Shown: positions 52,985-64,000 of the stretch, piece after piece
Position numbering within the stretch: position 1 is the stretch's first letter
Layout: every line of letters begins with the position of its first letter
Assembly (NCBI RefSeq): GCF_006345805.1
Contig: NC_043012.1
Span: 49,724,001 to 49,788,000 of the forward strand
Direction: 5' to 3'
Source: Octopus sinensis
Taxonomy: Eukaryota
DNA length: 64,000 nucleotides
Notes under the pieces: generated by a model
What the model was told of the DNA's origin: nothing
Databases searched by the model: none
The model's input: only the letters and a program-made list of their open reading frames with translations
Program-made: the position numbers and the translations under genes

Positions 52985-53144
52985 CATTTGCGGTAAGATG
53001 GTTTTTACCCAACCACATGGTGCTGCGTTAAGTCCCACTATGTGGCACCTTCGGGAGGTGTCTTCCACTATAGTCTCGGGTTGGCCAAGCCGTTTGAGCT
53101 GATCTTGGTGGACGGTAACTGAATGTATATATATAATATATATA

Positions 53145-53187
<43 letters not shown>

Positions 53188-53270
53188 ATATATATAATAT
53201 ATATATATATATACATATATTTATATACATATATACATGCATATATATGATACATACATACATATATATA

Positions 53271-53301
<31 letters not shown>

Positions 53302-53404
53302 ATATATATATACATATGTGTCTGTGCGCCTGTGCGCCTGTGCGTGCACGTGTGTGTGTATCTTTGTGCATGTTTCTCACCACCACCACTTGACAACCGA
53401 TGCT
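52985..53404 (+). mobile_element. CORE-like SINE with internal (TA)n/(TG)n; its tail is interrupted by a Tc1-like fragment
   Basis: CCCAACCACATGG..GTGGCACCTTCGGGAGGTGTCTTCCACTATAG body; microsatellite 53125-53370; tail start CACCACCACTTGACAACCGATGCTG. Confidence 0.7.
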
Positions 53405-53645
53405 GGTGGGTTTACGTTCGGTGAATGTGGTGCCCACTCAGCGTCACACTTCCTGCTGATCAGTTACTCCTGCAATCGCTCTCTCAGCCCGGCTAGAGAG
53501 TCATTTGATGCGTTGTATGGTGCTGGTTGTTGTGGCCCCATATTGCTGGAACCACTGTTCCTCTCGATCTATCCCTCTCCATCGTTTCATTCAAACAGTT
53601 TTATTCAGAGGTTAATAGGTTCTATTTTTGGGGGGTCACCCTGTA
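53405..53645 (-). pseudogene. Tc1/IS630-like transposase fragment joined to a TIR (deletion derivative)
   Basis: Minus strand begins TACAGGGTGACCCCCCAAAAATAG (TIR-like); WFQQYGAT and LRERLQE*LISRKCDAEWAPHSPNVNPP (WP..SPDLNP motif). Confidence 0.75.
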
Positions 53646-53730
53646 CATGCTTTCTAAGCTGTTTCCTTTTCTTTACATATACAAGTCCGAATGTAACATC
53701 TTTTTCTGAACTCCGGTATTAAATATTCTA

Positions 53731-53963
53731 AGGCGGCGAGCTGGCAGAAACGTTAAGCATGCCGGGCGAAATGCGTAGCCGTATTTCGTCCGCCGTTACG
53801 TTCAGAGTTCAAATTTCGCCGAGGTCGACTTTGCCTTTCATCCTTTCGGGGTCGATAAATTAAGTACCAGTTACTCACTTGGGTTGATGTAATCGACTTA
53901 ATCCGTTTGTCTGTCCTTCTTTGTCCCCTCTGTGTTTAACCCCTTGTCGATAGTAAATAAATA
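53731..53963 (+). mobile_element. Full-length tRNA-derived SINE with a 16-bp target-site duplication (central domain recalls the Meta/MESC SINE domain)
   Basis: GGCGGCGAGCTGGCAGAAACG head, GTTCAAATT B-box-like, GAGGTCGACTTTGCCTTTCATCCTTTCGGGGTCGATAAATTAAGTACCAG core; TSD GGTATTAAATATTCTA at 53715-53730 and 53964-53979. The domain name is from memory and unverified. Confidence 0.9.
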
Positions 53964-54244
53964 GGTATTAAATATTCTATATTATAAGTCTTTACTTATA
54001 ACTTGGTGTCATTTAGATTGATTACTTTCAGCCACAAATTTAGCCACACTATTTCATATCTCCAATTCACTACTACTCCTGCTACAACTACTAACAAACA
54101 CACTTCCTTTAACTCTATTGTTACCACTACTACGACCACCATAACCATCAACATCTTACACATTCTCATTAATAATATTCTTGTCTTTTGCTGTTAATAC
54201 CACCACCACCACAAGTAGCTTCACCATGATTGCAACTAATATAG

Positions 54245-54450
54245 GTTTCAAATTGTGACACAAGACCGGTCGGGTTTGCGGGGGGGCTAAGTTTACTAAA
54301 TTGACCCTATTGTTCAACTTGTATTTCTTTTCTTGACCTTTGAAGAGATGAAAGTAAAGTCGACCCCGGTGGAATTTGAACTTAAAACGTCAAGACGGAC
54401 GAAATGCCGCCTAAGCATTTCGCTCGGCGTGCTAACGATTCTGCCAGCCC
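54245..54450 (-). mobile_element. SINE of the 53731 family, inverted relative to it
   Basis: AAAGTAAAGTCGACCCCGGTGGAATTTGAACTT..AAATGCCGCCTAAGCATTTCGCTCGGCGTGCTAACGATTCTGCCAGC. Confidence 0.85.
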
Positions 54451-54688
54451 GTCACCTTCGTTACAACTAATATTTTTTTTAATGAGACTAAAAACATATA
54501 TAATATTAAGAACAGCTACATTATTTTCAACACCATCACTACCACCACCACCACCACCACCACCATCACCAAAATCATCACTACCACCACCACCATCGTC
54601 ATCATCATCATCATCATCATCATCACCATCGTCATCATCATCATCATCATCGCCATCATCATCGCCATCATCATCATCATCGTCGTCG

Positions 54689-54722
<34 letters not shown>

Positions 54723-55202
54723 TATCATCAACATTATCAGCTGCAGTGCCTTCATAGGCATCGCTTCACGTGCCTAGAAGCGACCTTCCATTGAGAGGAA
54801 TTCTTTGTCTAAGTAAAGAACAAGCGGCAAGGAAACTAGTGTGTTATTTAAATGTTATACACTTTATGAACTTCAGGCAATTTATATTGCCAAAATTTGA
54901 CATTTAATTAATCAAAAGTAAGAAAAATAGCCAAGCTGAACAATGGAAGATACAACAGTTCATATTGGGTAGGACATATTCGTATGAATGCTAATAGTTT
55001 TGTCATAGTAATGATGAGCTGAGGCAACAAGAAGTCGTTCTTACGCACCTTAACGAATTACTTCACGTGCTTTGAAGCAATAACTTTGAAAACACTGTAT
55101 AATGGAAATAATTAAATCTTTTCCTTTCCTTTGAAATTTTTTACACATACATATATACATTTCTACATATATATGCATGTATATATGTGTATGTCTGTCT
55201 GA

Positions 55203-55237
<35 letters not shown>

Positions 55238-55680
55238 TACACGTCTGTGTTGGAGTGTCCATTAGCTTTATGTTATTATATCATTATATTTCATTCTATT
55301 ATTCTTCTGAATACTGATGTATTTATAATTTCGTTTCTGAATAACTTTGCAGGAAAAAAGTTTCTGTGAGATATTATTTCGAATATTAAAATTAAATTCT
55401 AATATTCGATTAAAATTTTTTTTTTCTTTGTTTATGTATTTTAAAATGAGTTCTAATTTCGAGTACAACAGTGCAAAACAAGGTGGGAAAATAGCAGGCG
55501 AATACTGTTCGATTTTGAAAAATACTATGACCTAATAAAATTGAAATGCCTATTCATGTATTTGTAATTGCATCGCAATCATGATTTTAATTCAATATTT
55601 ATTTACAACTATCCGACGAACGGGAACGTGATACTCTGAGCAACAGGGATAATTTGGCAGTTTTAATAAAAATAATATGA

Positions 55681-55723
<43 letters not shown>

Positions 55724-55734
55724 CATACATACAT

Positions 55735-56040
55735 GGTGGTTGCCACCTCGTTATCGAGTATGGCCATTGCACGAAGCTTAATCAATGTTGTTAACGTGCA
55801 ATGCCTGTGCAAGAAGATATTAGCAAGATACAGCCTTAAGACATTTATTGGATGGCCGTTGACTCTCAAGAGTTCCTCCGCCCTTTGACGGGTTTTGTTT
55901 TTCATCCCGCAGGGTGTCCAATAAACACCCTCCTCACCAAGCAAGCTTGGTGGGGTTGCCGGTTTAGTCGCCGACGACCCGACCATGCAACAGGTTGTAC
56001 TGGGTTACATGTTACCAGTAGCACTCGAAAGTGACCTGGC
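55735..56040 (-). mobile_element. GC-richer interspersed fragment resembling an RTE-clade LINE 5' UTR
   Basis: Minus strand GGTCGGGTCGTCGGCGACTAAACCGGCAACCCCACC..AACCCGTCAAAGGGCGGAGGAAC; the resemblance is from memory and no coding motif was seen. Confidence 0.35.
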
Positions 56041-56341
56041 ATACATGCATACATACATACATACATACATACATACATACATACATACATACATACATAC
56101 ATACAGGCATACATACATGTTTATATAAATGCTTGGTGCTTCAAGCCGACGAGACCGACACGTCGAAGCCCCGGTGAAACAGAATCCTGGACGACAATAA
56201 TCGGAGAATCCCGAAAGAAGTGTCATCGTACACAAATGTCCTTCCGCTATGATATATATATATACTATAGTGGCCAGTATAGTTTGGTTCTGAAACTGTC
56301 AGGACATGTTAAGAGTAGTTATAAACGGTTTATGCACACGT

Positions 56342-56460
56342 ATGTGGCGTGGTTGTGTGGTAAGAAGCTTTCTCCCAAACCACGTGGTTGTGGGTTCAGC
56401 CATGTCTTCTACTATAGCCTCGGGATTTGGTAGATGGAATCTGAAAGAAGCCCATCGTGT
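56342..56460 (+). mobile_element. Internally deleted CORE-like SINE body
   Basis: GGCGTGGTTGTGTGGTAAGAAGCTT..GTCTTCTACTATAGCCTCGGG..GGTAGATGGAATCTGAAAGAAGCCC, as in 63145-63298. Confidence 0.75.
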
Positions 56461-56997
56461 CTTTTAGTCCCCTTCATACCGTTTTCTTCCATACCTCTTT
56501 TCTTTTTCTCGCTCCCCCTCTCTGACAATTCTTGGCCTTCTTTCTCTTTAATCTCCCTACTTTTCTTCCCCGTTTATCTTCCTTGTACTTTCTCTATGTC
56601 CCTTTGTTTTAATCTCTTTCTCGTCCTCCTCCTAATTCTTCAACTCGTCTGCCCCTACCTCTCTCCTTTCCTTCCATGTGTCCGGTGTTCAGCCAAGCAT
56701 GATATTTCTTGGCTTGACTGCCGGCTGCGAATCATCTTTTATATTCCAGTCTCGTGACTTTCACCTCATGTTCCTGCCTGAAGGCTTTCACTCTACACAC
56801 GCCAGCTCAACGGGATTTGTCTTCATTAGTCAATGTTTATGTTACCATAACTTAGCAATTCGGCAAATTATTCGATAGAATAAGTAAAGTCCTGGGGTCA
56901 ATTTCTTCGATTGAAACACTTTAAGTCGGTGATCCAGCATGATCGAAGTCAAATGAATAAAACAAGTAAAAAGAATAAAATAATATATATACATACA

Positions 56998-57032
<35 letters not shown>

Positions 57033-57213
57033 ACGCGTGAAGACACGTGGCTCAGTGGCTAGGTTATTCCGCCCACGATTTTAAGGTTCGTGTTCATATA
57101 TATATATATATGTATATAGATATAGATTCACATATACACAGTTTTGACAATACTCTTGACTCTGTCCGTTATTCACACTACGTTCCTCTTGTTTGTGCGC
57201 ATGTGTGTGGGTC

Positions 57214-57244
<31 letters not shown>

Positions 57245-58338
57245 CATAAACGCGTGCGTCTTTGTGTGTGTGATAAAGAATATAGACAAGAGAAGTGTAT
57301 GCCATATTTTTACAGCTGTTTCATAATTTTTCGAGTTTCATGATAGATCTTACATTATTATCAACACACTTCTAAAACATATATATTGAAACATATATAA
57401 ATAAATATATATGCGTGTATATAATCATGGAAGTATATTGCTATGGGAAATATATAGATTCGTCTTCAGAACAATACAATGTAGTTGAAAACTTCAACTC
57501 TACAACAGCGAATACGCTACCTTGTTATATTAATCCACAGGCAACAGATGTACCCGGTATGTTGCTATTTATTTTAGTGAGAAATGGCCATAGAACAATA
57601 CAAATCTAGAGGTAAAGTTAGAATATGGGAGTCGAGATGTAAAAATGAAAAAAACAAAACAAATAAACCTAAAGATACGAAAAATAAGAATGCCCGGTAA
57701 TCGTAAAAGTATTAAATGAAATTTTAAATAAATTTTATCGAAGGTATTGTTGTCAAACTAAGATATGCGCACTAAAATTGAACTGATTTCTAAAGGGCAA
57801 GAGGTTGAAGAATTTTGTCATAATCAGACGATTTATATTGTAGAATAGATAAAGAAAGAGTATAATGGAGTAAGTTATGAACTGTAGGAAGAGAATGGGA
57901 AAAATGTGAACAAAATAAGGTTTAAAGAACAATCAGAGAGTGAAATTGTTGAAATAGTTGTTGGAATACTATCCCTCAAAACCAGTTGGGTTTTCAGGGT
58001 TAGTATTATATTTCCATGGATATTGATACGGCACAATCTACACACATAACGATAATCACCAGGAACATTATTACTCACTTTTATATACTCATATGCGAGC
58101 GTTAGCAAGTGCCCTAATATATATGTATACATACCCGGATTCTCACTCAGATATACAAACACACATACACAGACAAAGATTTCGTACGTATATACATATT
58201 CATAAATACAATGTGGTACAGAACAATAATTTCGAAGTAATGTTATAATTGCGGACGTTTAATATTTATTTAATCAAACATAAGGAATTATAATCGTATG
58301 TATATATATATTTATGTATATATATGTATATATATTTG

Positions 58339-58405
<67 letters not shown>

Positions 58406-58636
58406 TACGTACACAAATACAGAATGCGAGAGAGGAAGGGAGAGTTATATCTGATAGCTCATTTTTGTGGAACCTAGACCATAAACGTTATCTATTCCAG
58501 TGTAATTCGAAGTCCCTTGACTACTGGAGATAAATTCGGACAATGGCTGCACTCGTGATGTCTGTTGAGTCAGAAAATGAATCGGTGACTGCGAGTGTGT
58601 GTGTGTGTGTATGGATAGATATAGAGCTAGATAGAT

Positions 58637-58671
<35 letters not shown>

Positions 58672-58745
58672 AATACGCGCGCACACACACACATATGTAT
58701 ATATATATATATTATATATATATATATATATATAATATATATATA

Positions 58746-58818
<73 letters not shown>

Positions 58819-59080
58819 CTTAGCCTTCTATTCTCATTGGTGTTGCCTTACAAATAAGCATGGGATTTCCGTTGGCAACACTTCGGTGCTGATAACTCAC
58901 CGTTTAAAACAGAGGAGCTTAGTAAATCGGAACCGCAAAACTTGTGACATCTTAGGAAGAGTCACATAAAAATTATACGCCTCCTATTTCTCTTTCTAAT
59001 ATCATTCCAAGTAAACCTTTATGTATTCTCGTTACCTGTTACATATATACATTCTATGTATTTATGTATTCCGTATGTAC

Positions 59081-59115
<35 letters not shown>

Positions 59116-59240
59116 TGTATGTATGAATCACACACACTTATACATACTAATACGTACTAATACATACTAATACATACTAATACATACACCAACCCCATAT
59201 ATACGCCTGTCCAGACCTATCCTACGCACTAATACTCTCT

Positions 59241-59275
<35 letters not shown>

Positions 59276-59349
59276 ATACATACTAATACATACTAATACA
59301 TACACCAACCCTATACATACATACGTCCAGACCCCTCCTACGCACTAAT

Positions 59350-59655
59350 AGGTGGTCATTCAACCCTATTATCAACCCTATTATCTCCCCTTATTTCGCT
59401 CTCGCGTCTCATGTTTGATCTTTGACTTCTGGCCGAAATCAGATCGCCATGTTGATTCGTTAGTTACTGCACGCATTTTTTTCTCTCCTTCTTTCTGTGT
59501 TTTTTTTCTCTCTGTGTATCTTTCTGTTGAAGAGCGTAGGCTCGAAACGTTAAAGACTTGTTTTATTTATATTTCCTGAGCGCCATACTAATACAATTGT
59601 TTGTTTGTTTTCCACCTGCCTTCGTCTTTTGTCTATTTGCATAAAGCTTCCCGTT
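59350..59655 (+). mobile_element. PLE pLTR-like repeat with a variant minimal hammerhead motif
   Basis: TCTTT-CTGTTGA-A-GAGC GTAG GCTC-GAAA-CG-TT-AAAGA at 59519-59556; homologous to 14810-14995. Confidence 0.7.
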
Positions 59656-59740
59656 ATGTATGTATGTATGTATGTACGTACGTATGTATGCATGTATGTA
59701 TATATGTATCTATCTATCTGTATATCTATATATCTGTGTG

Positions 59741-59789
<49 letters not shown>

Positions 59790-61272
59790 ATCTATCTATC
59801 TATCTATCTATCTATATATCTATCTATCTATATATCTATCTATCTATCTTTGTACCTATCTTTGTATCTATCTGTGTACATTCTATATATAGATAAATAG
59901 ATAGATAGAAAGATAAACAGATAGATAGCTATGTCTGTGTTTGTCTGCGTGTATGTGTATGTATCTGTGTATGTTTGTGCGTATTACGGAATCTTGCTTG
60001 GTATAATATCGGCCATGAGAAACCTCCAAAAACCAGTATCAATATTCGGAACTTAAAAGCGATTCGCCAACATCTATCCTGAGTCATATGTTCACTTTCA
60101 ATTCACCCTTTTTGTCAATGATCCACGTTACCGTGTCCTGGTTATATATTAATATTAAAGAACCGGTGTGTAATGTCCGCGCAAGCGTTCGATAATAGGC
60201 AAACGGTCCTGAACGGCGACCTCAAGAGCAAAAGCTAGAACAATAAAAGTGGAATAAACCATAAAATGACAGAAATGTTTTCAACCAGACTAACATTTCC
60301 TTCCATTTATTTCTCAACTCTGCACTTCCTGTTACGAAGAGCTATGCTCGAAACGTAATATTTGTACTTTTAATTTTTCGTCTGAACTTTCACCTAACGA
60401 GAAACTCATATATTTATTGTCTACGTTCGTTTGACAGATTTTCTTTTTGTCCTTAAAGATGCCGTTCGTCACTGATTTCCCTATATATTCATATACGGTT
60501 AAAGAGAAACGCTTCCTTGCTCTAATCACCGGTATTTTAAAAAATATGTTTATCCAAATACGAGATATATAGACACACTCCCAAATACATACACACACAT
60601 ATACATACATACATATATACATACAGACAGACAGATAGACAGACAGACACACACACATACATACATAAATGCATACATACATACATACATACATACATAC
60701 ATACATACATACATACATACATACATAAATACATACATACATACATATATAAAGACAGACTTTCATTCAGCCCTTTTATGCATTGTGTGTGTGTTTGTGT
60801 GTGTGCCTTTGTGTGCGTATGTATGAGCTGTGTATGTGTATGTGCATGAGATTATGTGCGCATGTGTGTGTGTGTTGAGCCAAACAACCTAAGCATATGA
60901 AGGATCACAAACGAAGGATCCGTTAGATCATTCTTGCACTGAATATCTTCCGGTGATTCATATATTTTTTAAAATATATATTTCATATTTACGGTCTGAA
61001 TTACCCATACTCAAGATCATCTTTTAACTAATAAAGATGTAAAAGTCGTCAGACTCTCGAATTGATAATCGGCCGCTAAAATTAGAATTTCAAAAGATTT
61101 GTTTTAGAATTCACCTAACAAAGCGGAACCGCAAAACCTAAGATGTGCCAGCGTTACATAAATGCTCTACCACACCTATTTCCCGTTCTAACCTAATTGC
61201 TTCAAATAGTTTCTGACTTCAACTCACCTTGAAAATACATACATTCATATAAACACGCTTACACTAATGTCG

Positions 61273-61332
<60 letters not shown>

Positions 61333-61602
61333 TATATATTATATATATATATATATATATATTGGGAAAAATATATATATAATATATATATACATATATA
61401 TATACACATATATATAAATGCACACACACGCACACACACAAACACACATTTATTCAAAAACATGAATTTCCAATGGACAATCTTTATATGAGTATGTTTT
61501 GCGTTTGTGTGTCTGTATATATGGAAAGAACGAGCTACCGAAACAGAGAGAGATAGATTAATACGCATATAGATAGTCAGTTAGATAGATAAGTAGACTG
61601 AT

Positions 61603-61666
<64 letters not shown>

Positions 61667-61675
61667 TAGATAGAT

Positions 61676-61713
<38 letters not shown>

Positions 61714-61724
61714 TAGATAGATAT

Positions 61725-61755
<31 letters not shown>

Positions 61756-63144
61756 TTGATAGATAGATAAAAAGATACATAGATAGATAGATATAGATAG
61801 ATAGATAGATAGATAGAAAGATAGATAGATAGATAAATAGATAGATAGATAGATTTATGTAAAGTCTTGTGCGTTTGTAGGGCCTTTTGTTCCTGGGACT
61901 AAACACAGTATCAGTAAGAACGTATATTTTGTTCTTTATTTCAACAAACAACCGACAGAGACTTGGCCAGTTGCAGCTTTGTCAGTCAGGTATTGAATTC
62001 ATCTTAATTAGCAAACATCCATAAAACGGATTTATTCTTTAATTCAACTTTGCCACCAACTATGTAGTATATATTGATTTCTTTTTTCAAATTTCTATTT
62101 TTTCTTTCTCTCTTAGCTTTATTTCACGCTCCTTCAAACAGAGAAAACTATTTCTCTACGGTGCAGTTCGTTTGACGTAAATCAGTTGAGGTTATTTCTT
62201 TCTGCTGTAGTTCTTTACTTTCCCACTCCCCCCATTCTATTACGGATGGCAATTTATAATGTAGATTGTGTTATTTTCAGTCTCGAACACACATTTCTTC
62301 TGCAATTCTAATTCACTGAAATAAAAACTAATCAAAGAAATAATAACAGGTAGAAAAAAAAAGGAAGAAAAATCCCTCGAAAAAATATAAAAAAAGAAAT
62401 AAACAGTCCAAAATTAAATAAGCAATATGGAGAAGAATTGATCTGAATGATTGAGATACAGAATGGGTGAGACTGAATAAGCAACAGAAAGGGATTCAGA
62501 AAGAGAATGGGGTTGAGAGAAAGAAAAGAAGAAAAAGAATAGAGAGGCAAATAGAGATGGCGAGACGGGGAGAGAAAAATAAATGAGGGAAATAGAATGA
62601 AAGAATTAGAGGTATTCTCAAATGAAAGAGATGTAGTGTGAGGGAATTCGGGAAGTCTCTGTAAAGATGGTGGAAATTGAGATGGCGTAGGCAAAAGTTT
62701 GAGAACGCAAATAAATTTGGCAAAGGAAAAAAGTTATAAAAGATGCGAGAAAGAAATGAAAACGTTGCCTTACATCCAGAGACTTGAACGAGAAGCAACG
62801 AATTCCTGTTGGTAACGAGAAGACCGTGTCCATATTTCTGGTTGAAACTATTTCACCCGACTCAAGCAGTTGAGGGACTTTATGAATAGCATAAGTTCTT
62901 ATCTACTCATATATAAGAAATACTCAAATCCAGCTTTTTTGAGAAGTCAGCTTTATGAAACAGACATGTTCAAACGATATTATCGCCGCAAACATTGTGT
63001 GTATATAATGCTGCGTATCTGGAACAATATTTCCATTGTTATTTGAAATTATTTCTTCCTAAATGAAGCAGCTTGTGGGATCAGGAAGAAATACCTATTT
63101 AGTATTATCAAGGAACATAGACATGAGATGAGATATAGTTCATA

Positions 63145-63305
63145 GGCATGGCTGAGTGGTAAGAAGCTTGCTTCCCAACCACATTGTTCCGGGTTCAGTC
63201 TCACTGCGTGACACCTTGGGCAATTGTCTTCTACTATAGCCTCGGGCCGACCAAAAGCTTGTGAGTGGATTTGCTAGGCGGAAATTGAAAGAAGCCTCTC
63301 ACATA

Positions 63306-63394
<89 letters not shown>

Positions 63395-63409
63395 GTGTGT
63401 GTGGTGTGT

Positions 63410-63456
<47 letters not shown>

Positions 63457-63541
63457 TGTGTGTGTGAGTGTCTGTGTGTGTTTTGTCCCCCAGTACGACC
63501 GCAGCCAAATGAGTGAAACATGAAAAAGAGAATAAAAGAAT
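63145..63541 (+). mobile_element. CORE-like tRNA-derived SINE with internal (TA)n(TG)n and a partly deleted tail
   Basis: GGCATGGCTGAGTGGTAAGAAG head; CACTGCGTGACACCTTGGGCAATTGTCTT resembles the CORE domain (GTGACCTTGGGCAAGT); microsatellite 63300-63480; ends GAGAATAAAAGAAT. Confidence 0.8.
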
Positions 63542-63728
63542 GCTAAGTGAAGTGAGACGGCTGTAGTTCGTTTACCTAAAATTGCATTGGCTGATAGGCC
63601 TGTTTATTTGGTTTCGATTGCATTTCAAGTGGATATCAGGGTATCAAAAATGTATATTGCTACCTGATATAGTCATACCATCCATTTTAGTGGCTTACCG
63701 TTTCAGATTTCATACAGTCAGTGTATTT

Positions 63729-64000
63729 GTGGAGGCACATTGCCTAGTGGTTAGAGCAGGGATCGTGGTTTCGAATCTCAGACCGGGCGATACGTGTGTT
63801 TATGAGCGAAACACCTAAGCTCCACGCAGCTCCGGCAGAAGGTAAGGGCGAAACTTCTGCTGACTCTTTCACCACAACTTTCTCTCACTCTTTCCTCCTG
63901 CATCTTGCAGCTCACCTGCGACGGACCGGCGTCCCGTCCAGGTGGGGTGAACTATACGCCAAGAAATCGGGAAACCGGCCCTTATGAGCCAGGCATGGCT
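63729..64000 (+). mobile_element. tRNA-derived SINE, 'body B' + tail X (runs off the window end)
   Basis: GTGGAGGCACATTGCCTAGTGGTTAGAGCAGG..GGTTTCGAATCTC head; colinear with 31169-31445. Confidence 0.85.

Noticed and set aside
55900-56040. HDV-like ribozyme in the RTE-5'-UTR-like fragment
   Set aside because: A P4-like hairpin and a GGCAAC segment are present, but I could not assign consistent P1, P2 and P3 pairings.
56140-56190. Hammerhead-like CCGACGA-GAC..GTC-GAAG
   Set aside because: Two core mismatches, and no valid stem I or NUH site.

Overview
AT-rich, microsatellite-saturated animal genomic DNA, most likely an octopus or other coleoid cephalopod (inferred from the repeat landscape: tRNA-derived SINEs resembling octopus OR/OK types, Dong/R4 LINE relics, extreme (TA)n/(TAA)n/(CA)n density). 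I found no host-gene exon, rRNA, true tRNA or CRISPR array, so the window reads as intergenic or deep-intronic, and almost every entry in the ORF track is a translation of simple repeats. What can be supported is mobile-element debris: several tRNA-headed SINE families, five copies of a ~550-bp (TAA)n-flanked repeat, five Dong/R4 LINE fragments, five Tc1/mariner-superfamily fragments, a MITE, and Penelope-like element (PLE) derivatives. The most notable region is 9.3-14.9 kb, where PLE derivatives sit inside (TA)n arrays. Two carry GIY-YIG endonuclease remnants, three are fold-back elements, and together they hold several hammerhead ribozyme motifs. These include an apparently intact pair in opposite orientation (14089-14672) and an intact one with a long cUUCGg-capped stem II (10301-10401). 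All coordinates and pairings were read by eye; nothing was computed or searched.
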